Assembly: GCA_047495785.1 (NCBI GenBank)
Contig: JBLDXI010000050.1
Span: 1 to 64,000 of the forward strand
DNA: 64,000 nt
From: Lepidodermella squamata
Lineage: Eukaryota > Animalia > Gastrotricha
Reading direction: 5' to 3'
Positions 52,554-64,000 of the stretch are shown in pieces. Position 1 is the first letter of the stretch. Each line of letters starts with the position of its first letter. Both the position numbers and the translations under genes were made by a program. The notes under the pieces are model-generated. The model saw only the letters and a program-made list of their open reading frames with translations. It did not search any database and was not told the DNA's origin.

Positions 52554-52876
52554 ACTGTGCGGCAGCCGGGTGCACGGCGAATCAAATTTGCGCTGTGATT
52601 GGTCTGAATTGTATCACGAAATGTTCAACCGAATTTTCCAATTTCAGAGCGGTTACAACTTGTGTCAGATAACTACGGCCGGTACAGGTTCTGGCGTTGG
52701 GGTAACACTCCGATTTTCCACATCAGGATCCGGGCTTGCATGCGCTACAACGCCAACAGCTCGGGTAAAGGAACAATCGATCCCAAATCCTCTTCAAGTA
52801 TCAATGTTTAATTTAAGGCTGCTACTGTCTTCAAAATTCTTAATTACCCTAGGTATCAAATCTTGTTAAGATCTTA

Positions 52877-53746
52877 TAGTGCGTTCACAAACTACTTCGG
52901 AGAGGCGTCCGAAGTTTTCGGCCACCGAAGTTTCGTAACAGGCCTCCGAAGTTGCGTAATCTCCGCCCGAAGTTTAGATTTTCGTTCACAAACGCGCGCA
53001 CTTCGGCCAGCGCCGCCGAAGTTTTAACAATAGGCGGTGCGCGCGCACCGAACAAAGGACGCGCACAAACGTCGGTTCGGAGAGCCCCAAAACTGCTCTC
53101 CGAAGTGCCTCCGAACCGAAGTTTGAGCGCGTCCGAAGTTATTACGCACGCACGCAAACACGCGCGCGCGCACACAGCCACTTGACCACACTGTACCAGG
53201 CGCCTCAAATTTGTCTTTCCGGTGATATTTGACAATGCGATCCGTTTCATTAGCCATTAAAAAATTACATAGCAATAGTGATAAGCATTTAGATACTGAG
53301 AAATTAATATTGCAAAAATGTCCGGTTTCTATGGCGAATTTTTAAATCTAGAAATAGCGCGGCTCGTATGGAAAAAGTGGCTTTGATGAGAATGCGCGAG
53401 AATATTTTAGCAAATATTTTTTTATAGCGAATCTGGTGAACTGAGCGCTGAAATTTAGCTTCTTTTTATCCTCATCAGAAGGCGCGTCTCATTATGCAAA
53501 CAATTCGGAGAATTAAGGTAAAATGGAAAAAAATTGCATTGAGCCTGAGTAAGAGCCATACCCGCGCGTGGTGTGTGAGCGAGCGGCCAAACTTCGGCCG
53601 CGAACAATAGAAACTTCGGTCGTCACGCTGCGCGCGCGCGTAGAAAATGCCACTGATAAGGCCGCCGAAGTTTTGCTATTTCTCTCCGAAGTTTCTACTT
53701 CGCTCTCCGAAGCGGTCGGTCTCCGAAGTAGTTTGTGAACGCACTA
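52877..53746. mobile_element. MITE with 3-bp TTA TSD (PIF/Harbinger-type)
   Basis: 27-bp perfect TIR tagtgcgttcacaaactacttcggaga; TTA on both flanks; internal ccgaagt repeats. Confidence 0.88.
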
Positions 53747-54324
53747 TTAGGTGAACTTGCCAAGATCCATCAAAGATGCACACGACCTTGCACCGATTTG
53801 CAACGATTTGGGTTCAAAGATCTTAGTAGATTATTTAAGATCTTCAGTGTTATTTAAAGATCATTCAAAGATGACGTTATTAAAGAATTGTTTTTACTGG
53901 CGCCCACTGACCACGGAACCGCACCCGCATGAACGCAACAAGGCATAAAACACGTCGAAAATGTCAGAATTGTCTACTTTATTAACGAAGAAATTGGCTT
54001 TTCACTACAAAAACACGATATAAAACCCGCCTTCCACCAAGCACGACATTAATATTTTCACAACACATTCAACTGATTGTCTCGAAAAGCGGCCGCAACA
54101 ACGCCAGCAGCCGGTTCAGCGTCATCGGTAACAGTAGCAGCACCAGCGCGCGTTGCACGAAAATGGCGGTGGCGGCGTCGGCACCATTGGTTAACAGCAG
54201 CGCGGGCGCGGTCAAATCACTGAATTTCGTCGCTGAAAAGCAAGCGAAAAGTGTATGTTTAAAAAGATGAGCTCAGTGGAAAACGACAGAAATTTGCAAC
54301 AAAATTCAATTTGAAATATTTGAC

Positions 54325-54510
54325 CTATTTACGATCGTAGCCGCGGTTTCGCGTAGCCTCGTCGTCTTAGCCTCCAGATGCTCAACGCGGGTCGCCTGCA
54401 GACATAAATCGTCGGCGAAGTCAAGGTCGTGCAGCTGCGTGAACAACATCCTGCTAATGCCGATTAGGATTAGTGACTGCACGCATTACGAATTCAATCG
54501 GCGCAAAGAT
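54325..54510 (-). mobile_element. RTE-like LINE reverse transcriptase fragment
   Basis: Minus strand translates GISRMLFTQLHDLDFADDLCLQATRVEHLEAKTTRL (FADD catalytic motif in RTE-like context). Confidence 0.8.
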
Positions 54511-54755
54511 GCAGCACATGTAAATTGAAAGGATGCACTTATTTATGTTTAATTGAAGTGTTGGCTTGAGGCCGACATTCTATGGCCAACTGCCAACCAC
54601 GTAATTTTATTCCATTGGCCGACGGCCAATCGTACATGAGTACCGGCGCAAGCACACTGGTCATCTTAGCACTGGTGTAATATTGCTAAACTTTTTACTC
54701 TTTTGCTCTTTCCCCTTAGTTCACAATACAATGGCAAAAAAGTGATATCATATAC

Positions 54756-55469
54756 CAGAGTTTTTTTTAAGGGGTGGACATGGTTGACAATGTCAACACC
54801 AAAGCGGGTCAATGTCAACACCAAAACAAGGCGCATCACCCGGGCCAGACAGCAAAATGAGAATTTATCCCACTGATTTGTTAATTTTTAGAGGTTTAGG
54901 AGCGTGTTTCAGTTGGAAATCTTCAAAGTTTTCTCGCTTCGCTCGCTTTTTAGCGGAGTTTAGCAAATACAGGAATTACAATTTCCATTCTTGACAGCTC
55001 CGGGATCCAAGATCGCACCCTGCGGCCGAGGGAGAGAATTGAACCGCCTTAGAATAACCCTTTTGATTTAAGCTCTTATTCCTGAAAAATGTCCACCGAA
55101 TTGAAAAATAACAAGAACATTTCTGAGATTGACTAATGGCTTTTATATTTTCTTACGTTTACTCACGGGTAACATCGTGCAAGTCGCTAGAGTGCCTCGC
55201 GGAGAGATTCGTCATCATGACGCGAAAAACATCCTATTTTAGGCCACTTTCAGCCAAAATTACGTGAAAGACCGTTAGCTAAAGCTCGCTGCGCTCGCAA
55301 GTTTACATATGTCTAATCATTGCTCACTATCAACAGAATCGAAGTATTGAGAAATGACGATATCGCGAGCGAGCGTAGCGAGCGAGCGAACGATTTTTAT
55401 ATCCATGTCTTTATGTCAACACCAAAAAACATAAAGTCAACACCATTGGATTCCTTAAAAAACACACTG
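54756..55469. mobile_element. hAT-like non-autonomous element
   Basis: Imperfect TIRs cagagttttttttaagg / ccttaaaaaacacactg, catatac on both flanks, subterminal gtcaacacc repeats; interior shares sequence with 3510-3655 and 8995-9140. Confidence 0.65.
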
Positions 55470-55500
55470 CATATACATATATAAAAACATTCGTTTAGTA

Positions 55501-55886
55501 CCGTACTGCCCGAAAAAAATGTCAGCCTCGAATAAATGACAGCCTCAAATAAATGTCAGAGGTTAGAGGTCGTTCGAAATAATAAATGTCAGGCCCGAAA
55601 TAAATGTCAGGTCAATAGGGGGACAATACTGAAAATCACTAATGAGGTCATTATAGCCATTCTGAATGGAGATAATTTCTACTCTTAGCATTTAGAAAGG
55701 TCAATTTTGGGTAAAAATACGTAGAATCTCAGGGAAATGTATGCCATTTTGGTTACCTAGGCAGTTACTCATTGGTTCGGATGAATAAATGTCAGGCCCG
55801 AAATAAATGGCAGTCCCTTTTAAATGTCAGGGGTTCATCAACGTTTGAAAAAAACAAATGTCATGGTTTTTGTCCGGGCAGTACGG
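55501..55886. mobile_element. Tc1/pogo-type MITE, inverted copy of 43293-43676
   Basis: ta|ccgtactgcccg ... cgggcagtacgg|ta; interior is the reverse complement of the 43293 copy. Confidence 0.88.
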
Positions 55887-56869
55887 TAATTTAGAATCTA
55901 CAAGTAGAGTTAGTATTTACAACTTATGGGTCGGCTAAAATAGCGGCTGGTCCGGAAAGTTATAGGTGATGCTTGGGGTGACCAATTAGCCAGATATTTT
56001 TATTTGCCACGTGTATATTCGGTCGTCTGGTTATCGGTCATCCTATTGAAAGGGGCCTGCCTAACGCCTCCTCCTATGAGGTGCTCGCACCGCCAATCAT
56101 TTCTCATCAGCGTCACCTCGTCTCGTTCAGCGAACGGCGGAACTTGCTTGAAGTTAATTCCTTGCCGGAAGAGTTATTCGGGCGTTAAGCGTCAAAGCGC
56201 GGGATCTGATACATCTGATATTTGATACAACCAGCACCTCCTCCTGCCGGCTCCTTGGTTATACCTGGCGCATAATTCTCTCCGTCAACACTACTTTCCA
56301 GGTGCGATATTCGAGAGTACGCAGCGCCCTCTCGTTCGGCATTCTGTTCGGTAGTACAGCGGCCGGCTTCAAGGCGATGGGCACCGTCAGCATGAACATG
56401 AAGGGCGCTTCGTTTTCGCACTCACCGACACGGTACCGTCTCTGTGGAGCCGTGTAATTCGCTTGAAAGTGCTGCCGGAATAAAGAGTCTCAATCGTCGT
56501 CTTGTGGCGAAGGTGGCGATGGCTGGCCGCTGTTTGTGCTGGAATCGGCGTTCGCATTCGGGTATGGCGGTGGAGGCGGATGATATTCCACCACTATTTT
56601 TAGAAGAGTATTATTACGCGAACATTGAGCGCGTAACATGGATTATTTTACGCAGAAACGTGGAAAATTCGTCGAAATTGACCCAATTCATCGATCTTAT
56701 CTGGCGACGATAATTGTTGGCTACTCCTTCAGTCATCGCAGAATGATCGGCGTAGAAGACATAGCTGAACAACTGAACGCCAACCGACATGAGGGACGTG
56801 TTAATGCTTTAGACTTCGTGTTGTTAGTAAATAAAAACGTCGTAATCGGCATTATTTATTTGCGTTATA

Positions 56870-57059
56870 CCGTACTGCCCGAAATGTTGGGCCTGTCCTT
56901 TATTTTTTTCGAAGCAAGTCGAAACCCCGTCTTTTATTTGGGACCGTGGGCAACCTGACCATTATTTGAGGCCTGACCTTTATTATTTCGAATGACCCTT
57001 GGACCCCGTCTTATATTTGAGGCCGACCTTTATACGAGGCTGACTAACGGGCAATACGG
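56870..57059. mobile_element. Shorter related Tc1/pogo-type MITE
   Basis: ta|ccgtactgcccg ... cgggcaatacgg|ta. Confidence 0.75.
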
Positions 57060-57111
57060 TATTTGCAGTAAGTCAAACATCAGGCAACATGCGCAACATC
57101 GGCAACATCAG

Positions 57112-57147
57112 CCAAATCAGGCTATTATCGACCTGCTGAGGTTGTGA
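57112..57147 (+). pseudogene. 3'-terminal relic of a second ankyrin gene
   Basis: caggctattatcgac (QAIID) is identical to the ankyrin C-terminus at 16317-16331; the following spacer resembles 16356-16444. Confidence 0.55.
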
Positions 57148-57273
57148 AATTGAAGTAGGTACAGATTAGTTGGATATGCGAGACAATTTAAATATTTTAG
57201 TTGTAATGATAGTTTTTTGGAAAAAATTATTCGAAAGTGTTGAATTTGAGTAACCGCTCAGTTTTCATCGGGA

Positions 57274-58475
57274 TTAGCTGAGCATTAATTGGAACAGAAT
57301 AAAGTCTGTGATCGTAACAGCCGACCCAATGATGAGATAAGTAGCTAGATCAAATGCCCTGATGTACGTCAACTTTGTACGACCAACACATTTCTTGAAC
57401 CAAGCAACATTAGCCAGGCCACACGTGACAATCGTGTACAGGGTCAAGACGCCGCCGGCCATAAATTTCCACGCAACCATGACAGTGATATAAACGACCT
57501 CGGAAGATTCTGGAATCATCGATGTGATCGCAGCTATAGTCATCGAATTCGCTAGAACAGCTGTTATATTTAAGGCAGATCTTTTCAAAGAGAAAATTAT
57601 CAATTTCCTAAAGAAACAACTCCCTACCTATTAGGATCAGCCGGGTCCATTATTAAGGCGACCATTTGAAAACAACGTATAGGGTGGTATGAAAAGTATA
57701 GCTAGATAATATATGGAATCGCGTTGTAGCGTGATTGTATACTTAATTCGGTCGTAAAACTTGTTGCCACTAGTAGAATAATCATTTTCCGTATCGATCG
57801 AGACGAAATTCCAAATTTCTGCTTCGTTTATGAAAGTTGGAAGAACCCTAAACGGCTGCATCGTAAAGTTGACGTCGCTTGTAGGATGGCTCGATACAAA
57901 TTTTAGCCCGCAAGAGAATCGATCAAACGGGAATTTTCGAAACGAAACATCCATACGCAGCTAGATACGAAATTTCCTGTCGCTTCCATAGTTGCTGAGA
58001 ACACTCGATTTTCACTCGTTACCTGTATCCATTCGCTTTTTGAGGAGATTATGTACGGCTCGCCGTTTGCTGTGTTCCCGTGAACAGCTCTCGGGTACCA
58101 GACTGGTCTCTCTTCTGGGAAGCCAACTGGCAATTCGAAGGCGATACTGTCGTTTTCGCAGGCAGTTATCGAATGGTTGCTTTCCAGCAATGAACAATCA
58201 ACTGGCTGCTCGCAATTGTATAGCCAGGTGAATTGCATCTTTCCATGGATTGTCATCGACCTTTCTACGTCATTGATATCGACGAGTCGGATAAACGTGA
58301 ATGAAGCGTAGACTACCAGAGGTTGCAGATTTCGGCAGCTTAATCTAGCATCGACGGGGAGATTTGGCGATACTATGTCCGGTTATTTGTTGGTAAGATC
58401 GTCCCAAATCTGCGAAATAGTACATGCACAGTTGTCTGCGAACAGTGAGAATGCAAAAACAATGCCTAGTCTCAT
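57274..58475 (-). pseudogene. Type-2 Cys-loop channel, full length but disrupted
   Basis: MRLGIVFAFSLFA...ISQIWDDLTNK*PD has a nonsense codon where paralogs have Tyr; frameshifts near 57955 and 57668; M2-M4 nearly identical to the 16445 copy. Confidence 0.8.
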
Positions 58476-60133
58476 TGCAAAACATCGAAAGTACTAACTG
58501 GTCAATTTTCCAAACGACCGTGCCGATATTTAAGCTCTAGGTGAGCGGATGTAGGCAATTTTGAAATATTTGCGCAAGAATAATACATATTATACTACGT
58601 TTTTAACCACTAAAAGCGAAGTATCCCTTCCGGAAAATCCACCCTGTTTTGAGCTTTGCCATGGTCTATCGACTGCCCAAGCGATGACTCATCAGTATCC
58701 ACTTCCATTTCTCCATTTCTCTTTTCAATAAATTGGAATTCAATCACATTACCTTATTCAATTGAATGTTATCAGTAAAATTGATGAGTAAAGCACGAGC
58801 AGTTAACCTCGAAAGATGATTCCACGTCGCTACCGATATTCCCACTTATCAAAGTCATCGGTGCGAGGTGCGACTTTGATAACCTCAACTTTCCAAAGAT
58901 GTCTTGATATCACGAATCAAATGACCTGGACATGAGCCAACGGTCCTGCGTGACTAGGATGCGAAGTAAAAACGCAACGCCTAGTATCTTCATGGTCCCA
59001 TGTGCGAAATGCGTCGTGGCAATTATCAATGCCCGCAGTGTCAGAGTCGCACATAGGCTTCGTATCATTTTCGATTGGTTCTCACGAACTCAAAAATTTG
59101 AAAAGTACAACAATTGTTAATTTTGCAATTGTGGGTAAGGAAATATTTTCCCTTCATCTGCATTTCTCGTTCCTTGTTTGCTATTGAAAAGGACTAAGGC
59201 CTATTCATATAAGCTACAGTTTGATGAAGGCAGTCGGAAAACAGTAGCCGTGAAAGAACGGCATGAGCGAACAAAGATCTATCAACCATAATAGTGGAGA
59301 AGATTCGATCACAGCAAAGCCGAGGCGACCATTCCCATAGCCCGAATCATGTTAATTGCGACTATACCTTCTATAGATCTAGGATCTTTGATCGCCCCTA
59401 GGTTCAGGCTCATCGTAATTATTCGAACAATTTAATTCGCACATCGAAAAAAACGGCTGAACAATAGCTGAACAACAAACGGCACCCACTCCATCGAGGG
59501 ATAACAAACATGGGCGGTCAAAAACCGAGCTATCAACTCTTCTCTCGAATTTCCTTTGTCAGCGGTCAATTTATGCTGTTTTTCAATTTAATCAACATGT
59601 CTTTGCCACAATTTTCGCCATCGTCGTGAGTTTGCCACCAATTATTGACGATTTTCATTATTTCATTTGTTGTCTAAGGTATGTGTCACCGCTACCAATC
59701 CAATCGTGAATGATTTCGGCCTGAGTTGAACTTGCGGAACTTGCTGTCCAAAGATCTGCGTAACGTTAAAGGCGATTTCGGAAGACTAATGGATTTCGTA
59801 GCCCCGAAACACAGAGCTGCTGCTTTGTCTTATAGGTACATGAGTTCAATCGGTCCTTAGAGGTGTGCATGGCCAAATACCAAACGGGAGAACCTTACGA
59901 CGATTGTCCTCATCCTTACCATTTCAGCTGTCCTACTTGGCTATGCATTTTCGCTTGATTTTTCCCTAAATCGGCTTATAGGACAGTATTAAACATAATC
60001 TGCCAAATAGTATGCGGTAGACGCATATGCCCAACTTCAACTGTGCCAACATGGTTTTGCCGCTGTAAATATCAGCATCATCTTTCATCCTTCCATTTAG
60101 ATAATTTTTGGAATTATAATTTCCCATAGTGAA

Positions 60134-60534
60134 ATGAACAAGCTAGTTTTATTGACCGTTACTGTGGTAAGTTTTCGAAATGAAACATTCAACAGCTAAA
60201 TTCTTGATTTTGTAATCTATTCAAGGCATTGATTGTTGTGTGGACCGTCGAACTGGGAGAAGGAAAGAAACATACGAAAGACGATTCTGTTGTCAAGCCT
60301 GTTTCAGGAGAGGATGCTTCGAATGGGAAGGCTGGAAACGCAAAGAATGTAAAGGGAAAGGGTGGGAAGCAGGCTGGGAAAACGGCTGGAAACAGCAAAT
60401 CGAAAAACGGCGGAAAGTCGAAAAAAGAGCATAAGAGTGACAAATCAGGACACAGCCATAAAGGTGGGAAATCGAAAACGAATCATAAAGGCGGGAAAAG
60501 GGGAAAATTCACATCAACACAAACAATGAAATGA
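60134..60534 (+). CDS. Small secreted Lys/Gly/His-rich cationic protein, 113 aa (exons 60134-60166, 60226-60534)
   Basis: MNKLVLLTVTV|ALIVVWTVELGEG signal-like sequence across a phase-0 59-nt GTAAG..AG intron; mature part has 24 Lys in about 89 aa. Confidence 0.78.
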
Positions 60535-61230
60535 GTCATGACTGGTCGTTCTACACATCAGGAATATGCTATGATGCGGATCGATCGAAATCACTGAACA
60601 TTTCGGTTTTGTGTCGGCTTTTATGTGGTAAGGTAAGGTGACGGTTAGTTTTACTCTTTGTGAAATATTATTGAGTAAGATCTGAAGATTGAACCTTGAA
60701 TAAGTTCCTCCCATAACCCTAAATAACTCGAATCTGCTTTCCATATTGCTTATACTTGTTTTAATTGTCTCTTGCGCATAGTAAAATTGGAAAAAAAATC
60801 TTCATTTCAGCAAGAAGATGTCTTCTAAGGGTGTCTTTTGTTTTCATCGTATTGCGAAATTCATGATGCCGAAGCTGCCATTGAACCTTCACAATTTGGA
60901 AATTCGCAAGGCGTGATAGGCCACAGCTGCAATGTGTTTTGCTGTTTGCTGCTTGTTTCACCCCCGGCGTTTTATGGCCAGCATGGTTTCGGTATCCCCT
61001 TCGACTACCGACTTCGACTACGTGTGGATTTTGTGACTCGGTTGTAATATATTTTAGTTGGAGGTATCTAATATAGATTTCCAAACACGAATTCGCTGAG
61101 TGTGGCGGCGAAAAAGCTCCATGAAAACAAACATTGAATTTCGATTTACTCACGCACTCGAAAAAATGGACATGTTTAAAAGTCTATAGCCGTTACGTTT
61201 AGCAAAGCGAAATTTCGTAGGAGCGGGGCG

Positions 61231-62445
61231 TCAACTTAGCATTAATTGAAACAAGATACAGTCAATGACTAAAATCGTAACGCCAATCACTAGGCCTGCC
61301 CCCAAGTCGATAGCTCGAATGTAGTTCATGTTCAAGACAGGAATGAGTTTCAGATACGTCGGATCATTCGCCTTGCCACATGCGACTATAGTATGGAAAG
61401 TTAACAATCCTCCAGCTCCAAACTTCAAAGCAACCATAAGAACGATGTAGACCAACTCGGAGGTCTCGGGAATCATGGCTGAAATCATGCCAAGGGTGAC
61501 AGAATTAGCTAGAACAGCCGTTATATTCAAGGCGGACCTGAACAAAATTGTTGAATTTACGCAAAATATTTACGGATCAGCTCACCGATTCGCGTCGGCT
61601 GGGTCCATTATCAGAACAGCTAATTGAAGAAGGAACAAAATGTAGGTTGGTAAGAACAATGTAGGCAGGTAATAGAAGTAATCACGTTGAAGGGTGACCT
61701 TATAGGAAAATCGAAACAGGGGTGCAGGGCCGATGAGCTCCGATTCACTCTCCGATGTAATCGAAACAAACTTCCATATGTCTGCGCCGGAGATGAAATC
61801 TTTAGAAATTAGAGGCGGATATAATAGAGAGATGATAACATCGCTGCGTTTATAGGTCGTTATGAAGCTCAAAGCGCATGAGAATTGGTCGAAAGGAAAT
61901 TTTCGAAAGGAAACAGCCTTGCAGCTTGACTCGAAGTTACCACTGGCTGAAAGGAATGCTTGAAACGTTTGATTCATACTCGTGATTTCAATCATCTCTG
62001 ACTTGGTTGACATAACGTAGGGCTCGCCACTTGCAGTGTTCTCGTGATAGATTCGCGGGAACCAAACTGGCCGCTCGTCTGGGAAATTGATTGGCAAATT
62101 GAAGGCTATGAGGTCATTGCGACACGACTCCTGTGATTGGCTGTATTGCAACCTCGAGCAATTAACAGGCTGCTCGCAGTTGTGGAGCCAAGACAACGAC
62201 ATAGATCCGACTATGAGCATACTTTTTTCGACGTCCTTGACATCAACGAATCGGTAGAAACTGAACATAGTGTTAATTGTTACAGGCTTAGGCTGTGGGC
62301 AGAGAAGCTTCACGTCGACTGGCAGGTTCGGCGAGAGGATGCTAGGGTAGGTTTCGGTGAGATCATCCCAGATTTGTGAGATCGTAAGTGGCGGGGTGTC
62401 ACTTGCAGATACACTCACAACGGCGAGAATCACCAGCAAATTCAT
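61231..62445 (-). CDS. Type-2 compact Cys-loop channel subunit, intact (exons 62445-61586, 61537-61231)
   Basis: MNLLVILAVVSVSAS signal, FVDVKDVEKSM, VWFP, CKAVSFRKFPFDQFSC, LQRDYFYY, 48-nt intron at the same M1-M2 position as the 7526 gene, M2-M4. An alternative start at 62490 is possible. Confidence 0.92.
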
Positions 62446-63189
62446 CGTTAAATCCGCGACAGCGAAAGAAAAAATGATCAAAATCTGCATTGCCAAGCAT
62501 TTTTCGTGATTCAAGCTACCGGATATTGCCGATTTTCGCAATATATCTCTATATTGACATTGGGCTATTGAATTTTTACAAATTCCTAGCCTTAGAGTTG
62601 TGCTCAAATGAAAAAATCAACGTGGTGTTTCTGGGCCAAATTTGTGGACTCCGCCACCTCCTGGAGTTTGGAATCACGCGAATTAAAGGTTCCGGAAAAC
62701 CGAACAACTGCCTTTTTCGTTGATTGAGCACACCCTAATTCTTTGGACTACTATTAGTCCCAAGCCCAAATTACGAAATAACAAGTACATAAATTCAGCA
62801 AAAGAATGAATTCCTGGGTGTCATGCCTCCCCTGATTCTATTGACCTTCCTTCTCTATCCAGATCAGCCAACTTCAAATCCATGGTCCAAGTATACAGTT
62901 AGTAAGGAGAGGAGGCCTAGAGCGAAGACCGCGGAACTGGTAGGGATAACAAAATCGAGTCCCCCATTTGCTCTTTGACAGAGCTCACCATGTGGAACTG
63001 GTAGGGATGATTCCTAGCAGTACTTCGCTCTCTAAGAGGAGGGACCTATCGTTCGACCATCTTCAAACTTTGCGAAAAACTTAAAGGGTCCTCCATGATT
63101 ATTTGCAAATGTTGGGCTCAGAATGCTCGATTTACCGCTGAGAGCTGGACCCAATCGGACCCAAATGGTTATCACATTTAATTGATATC

Positions 63190-63492
63190 TGATATTTAGA
63201 TCTGCAGCTTTTGGCTCAGGAGCGATCCTAATTTCGAGTTCGGGCATGTTGAGCACTTTTTGAAAGTTTGCTCATCTTCGGGATTGCTCTAGTTCCGTGG
63301 CCAACAATCGGCCGTCTGCATCCCTCACAAATTTCGAGCTGGTCGCTCCTCCCGCAAGTTGTTTTGCGAGTCGAAACGGCTTCTTCATGTCTCCTTTCTG
63401 CCCGGCTTCTTCAGCTTCTGACGCCAAGTTGCTAGCGTACTTGCGTCATCACGCCTCGCAATTTTGTTGACCTCCTTACTTTTCGCCTCATA
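63190..63492 (-). mobile_element. RTE-like LINE ORF fragment (region between endonuclease and RT)
   Basis: YEAKSKEVNK..RR..RKYASNLASEAEEAGQKGDMKKPFRLAKQLAG...VRDADGRLL..ELEQSRR*ANFQKVLN resembles the RTE linker pattern. Confidence 0.7.
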
Positions 63493-64000
63493 CTGTAAAA
63501 ACGGAAAATCTTGCAGAGATATGAAACATCAACAACAAATTATCTCGCGTTCCAAAAACCAACGAAAAAAAAGAATTATTAATTCATCGAAGTTCATCGA
63601 ATTAATTAGAATTCTTTTCACGGAAATCAGAAAAATTATTGGAAAAATAATAATAACAGGACACGACAGAACGGGAAATAATAAGTCTACAATTTTCATC
63701 TAATGTGGTTAAACGTTTTTAACGCATACGGTAAACGGTAAACTGAAACTGCGGCAAACATACGGCAAACATACCTAATATCACTATCCTGGTTTTACCG
63801 CCAAAATCGACCACTAAAAGAACTAGCAAAAGTGGATGAAAGCCATTTGCTCATCAAAGTTGTTTCAAATTTGCATTCGTTATTTTATGGTTATATCATT
63901 TTGCAATTTAATTTTCCATGAAAATTTTCTGAAACGTTTTGCATATGCACGAAAAATACTGCTTTGTTTCATTCATCAACATAGTTATTTTTTATTTTTA

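Larger units (their letters stand above)
48683..52820 (+). pseudogene. Secreted Cys/Thr-rich family member 3, disrupted by a stop codon and a hAT insertion
   Basis: MANLTLAIIAATLAAVTACPATSTTTT..., TAA at a Cys position near 48827. Sequence resumes after the hAT at 52554 (CAAAGCTANQIC, YNLCQITTAGTGSGVG); 3' exons missing. Confidence 0.85.

Noticed and set aside
55960-56600. GC-rich coding-like patch on the minus strand
   Set aside because: Broken frames with no recognisable motif and no second copy in the window.
60838-61047. Possible LINE RT remnant (PSQFG...FDY)
   Set aside because: Only two short motifs; too degenerate to support.

Overview
Eukaryotic (metazoan invertebrate-like) genomic DNA with AT-rich intergenic sequence, very short GT-AG introns (about 48-59 nt) and many transposon remnants. 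The dominant feature is a cluster of divergent pentameric ligand-gated ion channel (Cys-loop, nAChR-like) genes of two types. Type 1 (4072-7137, 9747-14120, an inverted copy at 136-2904, a relic at 25539-26355) has signal peptide, Sushi-like segment, 2 EGF, 2 CUB-like domains and a Ser/Thr stalk fused in front of an intronless LBD plus 4 TM channel. Type 2 (7526-8751, 61231-62445, pseudogenes at 16445-17410 and 57274-58475) is compact, with a C-x14-C Cys-loop. Both types lack the acetylcholine-binding aromatic box and vicinal cysteines and have very short M3-M4 loops. Also present: a signal-peptide ankyrin-repeat gene tail-to-tail with a type-2 channel, a three-member secreted Cys/Thr-rich family, a secreted Lys/Gly-rich peptide, a full-length Helitron, an apparently intact hAT element with 8-bp TSD, a TIR element at the end of M2 that could splice out as an intron, several MITE families and LINE fragments. 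Single-base indels in 1-5100 and 10000-10700 look like unpolished long-read errors, so frameshifts there are not proof of pseudogenisation. All domain calls are by eye; no database search was run.
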